Positions 58,264 to 64,000 of a stretch of 64,000 nucleotides of DNA are shown in pieces. Where the stretch lies: contig CAMCWM010000007.1 of the NCBI GenBank assembly GCA_945882215.1, positions 992 to 64,991 on the forward strand, in the 5' to 3' direction. The notes under the pieces are model-generated. The model was not told where the DNA came from, searched no databases, and saw only the letters and a program-made list of their open reading frames with translations. Source of the stretch: Akkermansia muciniphila (GTDB lineage Bacteria > Verrucomicrobiota > Verrucomicrobiia > Verrucomicrobiales > Verrucomicrobiaceae). Every line of letters begins with the position of its first letter. Within the stretch, counting starts at the first letter, position 1. Made by a program: the position numbers and the translations under genes.

Positions 58264-58674
58264 TCACTGTCCGGCGTCCCAAAGTCCATCACTTCCCTTC
58301 AAGGAGGGATCATAAACGGACGTACCCAGCATAAAGCGAGGGGGCATGACCGTGTGGTCCACGGTAAGGGTGTCGTCGTCCAGACTCCTCACCACAGGCA
58401 TCGTGCTCCAGCCCTGCGGCAGATAGACCTGCAACTGCACCGTGCTCACTTCGGCAATGTCAGCCGTGGGATGATCGGACATGTAAGCGCGCTGGGCGGC
58501 AAAGACGGCCTGAAGGGACACTGCGGCATCCTTGCCACGCTGCCAGTCACGCACGGTTGAAATGTTCATGCCAACGAAAGTGGCCAGTCCCAGCAGCAGT
58601 CCGATCACGAGACTGATCTCGATCAGCGTGAATCCTGCGTTGCACCTGGCTTTGTGCGAAGAGATCGTTTTCAT
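58264..58674 (-). CDS. Major (pseudo)pilin with a canonical prepilin cleavage/methylation site
   Basis: MKTISSHKARCNAG|FTLIEISLVIGLLLGLATFVG. It is 136 aa. Confidence 0.85.
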   Translation of the reverse strand: MKTISSHKARCNAGFTLIEISLVIGLLLGLATFVGMNISTVRDWQRGKDAAVSLQAVFAAQRAYMSDHPTADIAEVSTVQLQVYLPQGWSTMPVVRSLDDDTLTVDHTVMPPRFMLGTSVYDPSLKGSDGLWDAGQ

Positions 58675-58677
58675 GAT

Positions 58678-59043
58678 TCAGGATTTCGGCGTGATGATCT
58701 GGGCCACCTGGGACTTGGGAATGATTTTCACGGCACCTTGCCGCACGTTGAGCATTGTTGCAGAAACCGTGGGGGCCGCCTGAGATGCAGGCAGGCTCTT
58801 CGTCAACTCCACAGGCAAGGTGGCGCGACGATGAATGTACAAAATGCGGGCCCGGTCCGGATTGGTGATGAGGGTCGAAGCGGGCTGCTGTGTGGAGGCC
58901 AATGTCACTGGAGCAACCGCCGCTTTGACAGGTGTTGGGGCAGGCATTCCGGGGATCGGCCGCGGGACCAGCTTGGGTGGATCAGCCGCCAAGGCCGCAG
59001 CGGAGGGAAGAAGCAGGGTGAGAAGCAGGGATCGTGTTTTCAT
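58678..59043 (-). CDS. Small exported Pro/Ala-rich hypothetical protein (121 aa)
   Basis: The signal is MKTRSLLLTLLLPSAAALA. It sits between the platform gene and the pilin gene, with gaps of 15 and 3 nt. Confidence 0.6.
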   Translation of the reverse strand: MKTRSLLLTLLLPSAAALAADPPKLVPRPIPGMPAPTPVKAAVAPVTLASTQQPASTLITNPDRARILYIHRRATLPVELTKSLPASQAAPTVSATMLNVRQGAVKIIPKSQVAQIITPKS

Positions 59044-59058
59044 AAGGATGAGTTGAGA

Positions 59059-60276
59059 TCACATGTTGCCTGACTGCATCATGCGCGGCCCCATCAGGAA
59101 GATGGGCAGCATGGAGCCAGTAAAGACAAAGCCGATGAGCACCACGGCCATGGCCAAGGTGATGAAATTGATGACCTGCGTGAAGTCCGCCATGATCGCG
59201 GCGGTATCTTCCTCATAGATGTCACGCAGGAGCTCAAGTTGCTGCGGCAGGGAGGCCGAACGCTCGCCGATGCCGATCATGTGGATGACCTGGGGATCAA
59301 GCGTGGTGTTGCGCTTCAGGGCCTCGGCAAACGGCACGCCGGATGATTCATAAACCTGCGAGGCCTTGATGAAGTCCGCATACATCGGCGTTCCATGCAA
59401 CACACGCGCAGACAAGGCGGATGCGCGGGCGAGGTTGATGCCATTGGCATACAGCATCTGAAGCGTGCCGATGTAGGCGCTCTGGCGCAGTCCCATGACC
59501 AGCTTCATCAGCAGCCGCCAATACTTCATAAGGAAGACCAGCAGCTTCTGCCTGAAGTCCGCCGAGCGGAACAAGGCGGTGATGAAAGCCACAAGGCCAA
59601 TGACAAAGAAGGGCCAGACCTTCTGCACCACATGACTGATCGCAAAGATCACGACCGAGATCTGATCCGGCTCCTGGCGCACGCTTTTCAGGGTCTCCTC
59701 CACTTGGGACACGACAAAAATCTGCGAATAGATGAAGAGGCCGATTTGAAACAGGATCACCAGCGATGGCACCAGCAAGGCAGTGCGGATTTTGCTGGCA
59801 AACATGAGCTCGATCTTGATGCGCCGCGCGAGGGACGCGAAGGCCTCGCCAAGCTGGCCAGCATCCGCACCGGCCTCAATGATCGTGATGATGGTGCCAT
59901 CAAACTTCTGTTCCTTGGCAAAGGCGATGTGAATCGGCAGCCCGGCCTCCAGGCGGTTGCGAATGTTCATCAGCGACGATTGCAACACCGGATCAGGCAG
60001 GCCCTGCGAGTAGTACAGCAGGGCATCGGCGGTGCTGATGTTTGCCTTCAGCATGGAGGCGAGCCCGCGGAAAAGCTTGATGAGTTCCTTGCGCGATACC
60101 GGCTTCTTCGACTTCTCGCTCTTCGGCGTGCCTGAGAGTGATTTGATCAACGCCACGCGGAATCCTGGCTTGCTGGCGAGCAGCGCGGCCTGCTCACGGT
60201 TCGGCGCTTCACACTCGAGCACCTTGGAGATCTCGGGCCGCTTGATGTTGCGCAGAGTGACTTGGAAGGCGTTCAT
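59059..60276 (-). CDS. GspF/PilC-family inner-membrane platform protein
   Basis: It is 405 aa with the two-repeat T2SSF architecture. Hydrophobic segments lie around LLVPSLVILFQIGLFIY, VWPFFVIGLVAFITALF and INFITLAMAVVLIGFVF. It sits directly after the E ATPase. Confidence 0.85.
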   Translation of the reverse strand: MNAFQVTLRNIKRPEISKVLECEAPNREQAALLASKPGFRVALIKSLSGTPKSEKSKKPVSRKELIKLFRGLASMLKANISTADALLYYSQGLPDPVLQSSLMNIRNRLEAGLPIHIAFAKEQKFDGTIITIIEAGADAGQLGEAFASLARRIKIELMFASKIRTALLVPSLVILFQIGLFIYSQIFVVSQVEETLKSVRQEPDQISVVIFAISHVVQKVWPFFVIGLVAFITALFRSADFRQKLLVFLMKYWRLLMKLVMGLRQSAYIGTLQMLYANGINLARASALSARVLHGTPMYADFIKASQVYESSGVPFAEALKRNTTLDPQVIHMIGIGERSASLPQQLELLRDIYEEDTAAIMADFTQVINFITLAMAVVLIGFVFTGSMLPIFLMGPRMMQSGNM

Positions 60277-60279
60277 GAC

Positions 60280-61971
60280 TCAAGATTCATAGGTGAGATC
60301 CAGCACCTTTTTCAGGGCATCGAGGTCGGTCTTGCCCTCGGCCATCAGTTTCAAACCGTTGTCCCGCAACGAGGGCAGGCCGGACTCCCGGCGCACTTCT
60401 TGTTCGAGCTCAAAAGGGGTGATCTCGCCTTTGGCCAGCTTGTCGCCCAGCTTCGGGCTGATGGGCAAGATCTCCAGGATGGCCGTGCGTCCGGCATAAC
60501 CGCGCCCTTTGCAGTCCGGGCAGCCCTCTTTGTGATGCACAAACACCGGACGTGTGGCCCAGGCTGGATCGAGATGGAAGAGACGAATCTCGCGCTCCGG
60601 GATGCCTTCGGTGCGTTCTTTGCAGGCGGGACATAGCAGCTTCACCAATCGTTGAGCGCAGGCTGCTTTCAGAGTCTGCGCGATTTTCCAACGCTCCATG
60701 CCAAGCTGCTGAAAGCGCTCGATGATCTGCGAAGCGCGCGGGGTGTGAATGGTGGTGAGTACTTTGTGACCGGTGATGGCGGCCTCGATGGCCAGTTCCG
60801 CAGATTCGCGGTCGCGCACCTCGCCCATGAGGATGACGTCAGGGTCGGAGCGCATGAAGCTGGCGATCATCGGCTTGAACTCGGTTGAGTCGCGCAAGTC
60901 ACAGTGGGTCACGCCAGGAATCTCGTCTTCCACCGGATTTTCCAGCGTCAGGATGTTGTCCTCGGGATGATTCAGCTCACGCAGCATGGCATTGAGCGTG
61001 GTTGATTTGCCGGAGCCCGTGGGGCCTGACATGACAATGATGCCGGAGGGCACGGCCATGGCTTTGTCGAGCTCGAACAAGGTCTCCTCATCAAAAGCCA
61101 GCGTGCCCATGCCGAGCCGTGCTTCCAGATGCGTCTTGTCCAGCAGACGCATGGTGACGTGGTAACCACGATAGGTGCGATGCCGCTCATAACGCACACC
61201 GACCGCGCGCCCGTAGTAGCTGGCGGTGAAGCGTCCGGAAATGCCCGGGCGTTTGCTGCGCTCCTCAGGGGCAAGACGCATGAGATTGAGCAGAAAGGCA
61301 TCCACACGATCCCGCAACTTCACCGGCATATCGACGCGCACACCGAGATCGCCATCCACACGAAAGCAGTATTGAAAGCTGGCCTTCTCCGTTTTGATGT
61401 GAATGTCCGAGGCGTGCTGCTTGATCGCATCACTGACCATGCTGGCCACGAGTTGGGCGATCGGCTCGTCGTATTGGCGCGTGACATCGAAATCGGGAGT
61501 TTCATTGGAGAACTCCTCCACCTCCACCGCCTCGAGTTCCGCACGACTGGGTCCCGAGGAGTTGGAGGAGCCCTCGATCACTGCCGAAACCTCGGAGGCG
61601 AGCGTGACCACCTTCAGCACTTCATCCTCTGGGAAACGTGCGGCGCAATAGTCGTCGGCGCGATAGTCCCATGGATTGGCGACAGCCAGCAAAACCTGCT
61701 GTGGGCTGCGGCGCAGCGGCACAAACATGCCGCGAGACATCACGACGGGATCGCAGTAGCCGACGAACTCTGCATCCGCCATCTCACGCACCTGAGGAAA
61801 GGCCGGCAGCCCTGAAGCACGACCGACAGCGCCCAACATGCGCGTTTTCGACGAGCGGCGCACGAGAGCCTCATCCGACTGCATTTCCTGCCCGGCCGTG
61901 GCCGCCCGCAACTGGCTGATGATCAGCCGCTGGATGGTGTCATTAAACTCAATGCCAAGGTTCAGGTTCAT
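60280..61971 (-). CDS. GspE/PilB-family secretion/assembly ATPase
   Basis: It has a T2SSE_N-like N-terminus. Walker A is IIVMSGPTGSGKSTTL, followed by LTLENPVED and ILMGEVRD, and the His box is GHKVLTTIHT. The tetracysteine is CPACK..CPDCKGRGYAGR. Confidence 0.9.
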   Translation of the reverse strand: MNLNLGIEFNDTIQRLIISQLRAATAGQEMQSDEALVRRSSKTRMLGAVGRASGLPAFPQVREMADAEFVGYCDPVVMSRGMFVPLRRSPQQVLLAVANPWDYRADDYCAARFPEDEVLKVVTLASEVSAVIEGSSNSSGPSRAELEAVEVEEFSNETPDFDVTRQYDEPIAQLVASMVSDAIKQHASDIHIKTEKASFQYCFRVDGDLGVRVDMPVKLRDRVDAFLLNLMRLAPEERSKRPGISGRFTASYYGRAVGVRYERHRTYRGYHVTMRLLDKTHLEARLGMGTLAFDEETLFELDKAMAVPSGIIVMSGPTGSGKSTTLNAMLRELNHPEDNILTLENPVEDEIPGVTHCDLRDSTEFKPMIASFMRSDPDVILMGEVRDRESAELAIEAAITGHKVLTTIHTPRASQIIERFQQLGMERWKIAQTLKAACAQRLVKLLCPACKERTEGIPEREIRLFHLDPAWATRPVFVHHKEGCPDCKGRGYAGRTAILEILPISPKLGDKLAKGEITPFELEQEVRRESGLPSLRDNGLKLMAEGKTDLDALKKVLDLTYES

Positions 61972-62606
61972 GAGGCAAAGTGACGCTGCATGAGCACCTG
62001 CCAGATGGGCAGGTCAGTGAGAAAGGTGAAGACAAAGGGCGATTCGCCGTCGGACATGCGGTTCAACTCCTGGCTGATCCAAAAGGACGCGACCAGAGCC
62101 GAGACGGGATTGAGGGAGGCGACATGGACGATGCTCGTCTCGCCAGCCAAGGTCGCAGGACAACCGAGGGCCGTGCAGACCGGACGCAGGCTGGGGCAGT
62201 GGTCGTAAAGCGCCGAGGCCTTGCCGGACAAGGGGCCAAAACTCCAGTAATGCACGCGGTCATTCAGGCTGTTGCGCAGCAGTTTCTGCATGCGGGCCAC
62301 TTCTTCATCGACAGTGAGCGAATGCTTCTGCGCCTGGGTCTGGGCAGTGAAATTCAAGAAGTCTGGCATCAAACTGGAGGCCGTCCCGAGCTTCTCTCCA
62401 TAAGCGGCCAGCAAAGGCGCGCCCTCCGCATCCGACAGATAACCACCCTGCTGAAGATACATCACCGTCGTTGTCGCGATGCGATCCAACACAGGTCGCA
62501 GACTGTTGAGGTCTGTTTGCGCCGGGAGCGGGAGATTTGGGAGAGGCGAGGACATGGGGTGTTCGGTTCGGCGGGCGCTCGTGGGTTCAGTGAGGTTTCT
62601 GAACAC
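61968..62606 (-). CDS. Hypothetical protein with a C-terminal T2SSE_N-like segment
   Basis: ..LAGETSIVHVASLNPVSALVASFWISQEL..FVFTFLTDLPIWQVL parallels LLLAVANPWDYRADDYCAARF..LKVVTLASEV of the adjacent ATPase. The start is uncertain (GTG at 62606 or ATG at 62555). Its stop overlaps the gspE-like start (ATGA). Confidence 0.55.
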   Translation of the reverse strand: MFRNLTEPTSARRTEHPMSSPLPNLPLPAQTDLNSLRPVLDRIATTTVMYLQQGGYLSDAEGAPLLAAYGEKLGTASSLMPDFLNFTAQTQAQKHSLTVDEEVARMQKLLRNSLNDRVHYWSFGPLSGKASALYDHCPSLRPVCTALGCPATLAGETSIVHVASLNPVSALVASFWISQELNRMSDGESPFVFTFLTDLPIWQVLMQRHFAS

Positions 62607-62616
62607 AGTCCACGGT

Positions 62617-64000
62617 TTACTGACCGCTCGCCTTCTTCGTGAACAGGCGCTTTACCCATGACTGCTTCGGCTTGACGGGCGTCACGGGAACGGTTTCTGC
62701 GGTATTGACGCTGGGAAGGTTTTGGTACCAGGCACCTTGAGGAAGATCGATGCCGGTGTCCCTGATGTCATTAGGCTGCATGCCGGAGAACTCACGCACG
62801 TGCCAGTTGACCTCGGGAAGGGCCTCAGAACTCGATGCGTCATAAACGCGTGGCGTGATGACAAAGACCAGGCTGACCTGTTCCAGCTTCTTTTTGTCGG
62901 AACTGAAGAGCCTGCCGATGAGCGGGATGGTGCTGAGGACCGGCACTTTGTTGCCGCCGTCGCTCGAGTTGTAATCATAGAAGCCGCCGAGAAAGAGCGA
63001 CTGTCCCGCAGGAATGCGGCTGATGGCTTCAACCGTGGACTCGCTCACGCGCGGAAACACATTGTTGGTCCGCCCCGGGATGAGTTCGACGATCTTGGCC
63101 ACGCGAGGACGCAATTTCATACGAACGGTGCCGTCAGGCAGCAGTGTGGGCGTGACGGAGAGTGTGACACCGATTTCGCGGTTCTTCTCCGGCTCCTCCG
63201 TGGCGCTGGGATCTTCTGCGTCGATTTTATAGCGCACTTTGTCCGTGATGTTCTGACCGGCGGCAGTGTTGGTGATGTCCGACGTGATGACCGGAAAGCG
63301 ATCAACGATGGAGATGATGCCCTGCTCATTGTCCTCCGTGATGATGGTGGGGCAGGCCTCCTGGGTGACGAGATCGGCGTCCTCCAGCGCACGCAGGATG
63401 GCCTGCACCTGCATGTTGTCGAAGACCAGCCCGGACCCTTCGACATTGATCTTGTTCATCGAGAGCGTCGGAGCGAGGGGATTTCCCGTTCTGCTCAGAG
63501 TGTTGATGTCCGGAAGGTTGAACAGCGCATTCAAGCTCTGCCGGGCGATCAGGTTGGTGCCCGTGTCTCCCAGAGAGCGGCTCCAATCCACGCCGACCTG
63601 GCGGCCCTGGTTGCGCTTGATGCGCAGGACCCGGACGTTGACCATGATCTGCGGCTTGGCCTTGTCGATCCCTTCGAGCAATTTGCGCACGCGTTCGAGC
63701 TTGATGCTGTTGTCGCTGACCAAAAGCGTGTTGGTTTTCTCCTCAAACTCGATCTGCCCGACCTCGTGAGTGAGCATGGGACGGATGATAGACTTCAGCT
63801 TTTCGAAGTCGGACTGCGCTGCGTTTGACGAGCCACCGCCCCCTTCCGAGTTATTCGTCGGCGCGGCGCTGGACATGTTGCGATTCAGAGGAGCGCCACG
63901 CAGGTACTTCAGAGCGTAGCTCATCACCTCGACCGGCAGCTTCGCGAGCTGGGCCTCATTCATGAGGCTGACACTGGAACGCTGCCGATGCAGCGTAAGT
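62617..64000 (-). CDS. Secretin (GspD/PilQ family), N-terminus beyond the window edge
   Basis: The C-terminal secretin signature is VPVLSTIPLIGRLFSSDKKKLEQVSLVFVITPRV. My reading of 63964-64000 shows the frame stays open upstream of the track start (..LTLHRQRSSVSL-M), so the gene is 5'-truncated by the window. Confidence 0.88.
   Translation of the reverse strand, partial: LTLHRQRSSVSLMNEAQLAKLPVEVMSYALKYLRGAPLNRNMSSAAPTNNSEGGGGSSNAAQSDFEKLKSIIRPMLTHEVGQIEFEEKTNTLLVSDNSIKLERVRKLLEGIDKAKPQIMVNVRVLRIKRNQGRQVGVDWSRSLGDTGTNLIARQSLNALFNLPDINTLSRTGNPLAPTLSMNKINVEGSGLVFDNMQVQAILRALEDADLVTQEACPTIITEDNEQGIISIVDRFPVITSDITNTAAGQNITDKVRYKIDAEDPSATEEPEKNREIGVTLSVTPTLLPDGTVRMKLRPRVAKIVELIPGRTNNVFPRVSESTVEAISRIPAGQSLFLGGFYDYNSSDGGNKVPVLSTIPLIGRLFSSDKKKLEQVSLVFVITPRVYDASSSEALPEVNWHVREFSGMQPNDIRDTGIDLPQGAWYQNLPSVNTAETVPVTPVKPKQSWVKRLFTKKASGQ

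Overview
This is a 64-kb, high-GC (roughly 60% by eye) chromosomal segment. Its gene content is typical of the PVC superphylum, most likely Verrucomicrobiota, with Planctomycetota not excluded. All domain calls were made by eye from motifs in the supplied translations, with no searches run. From 1 to 49.4 kb the window holds a tdh-kbl operon (kbl cut by the window edge). It also holds four clusters of the planctomycete-type families of unknown function: 3 DUF1549/DUF1553 PSD proteins, 5 DUF1501 and 1 DUF1552. Around these are many exported hydrolases: SGNH esterases, three BNR/sialidase-fold proteins, a beta-helix protein, a PhoD-like phosphatase, an arylsulfatase, a ceramidase-like protein, an AXE-like esterase and a PIG-L deacetylase. 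Two exported Gfo/Idh/MocA oxidoreductases are also present. A sucrose-type compatible-solute pair consists of a synthase and a phosphatase fused to a GH100 invertase-like domain. A vapBC toxin-antitoxin cassette is bracketed by a duplicated hairpin repeat, and a small nucleotidyltransferase-fold two-gene module is present. From 49.4 to 64 kb, after a sharp AT-rich break, two tightly packed operons converge and together form an atypical type II secretion / type IV pilus-like machine. Its parts are a secretin, a stand-alone T2SSE_N-like protein, a GspE/PilB ATPase, a GspF/PilC platform, a major pilin, three minor pseudopilins (one with an in-frame TAA) and a PilT retraction ATPase. It also contains an embedded ABC transporter and several exported ORFans. 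This locus is my best candidate for an undescribed system. I recognised no rRNA, tRNA, CRISPR array, transposase or integrase. ORF-track starts were trimmed wherever an internal ATG gave a signal peptide and a clean junction with the neighbouring gene.
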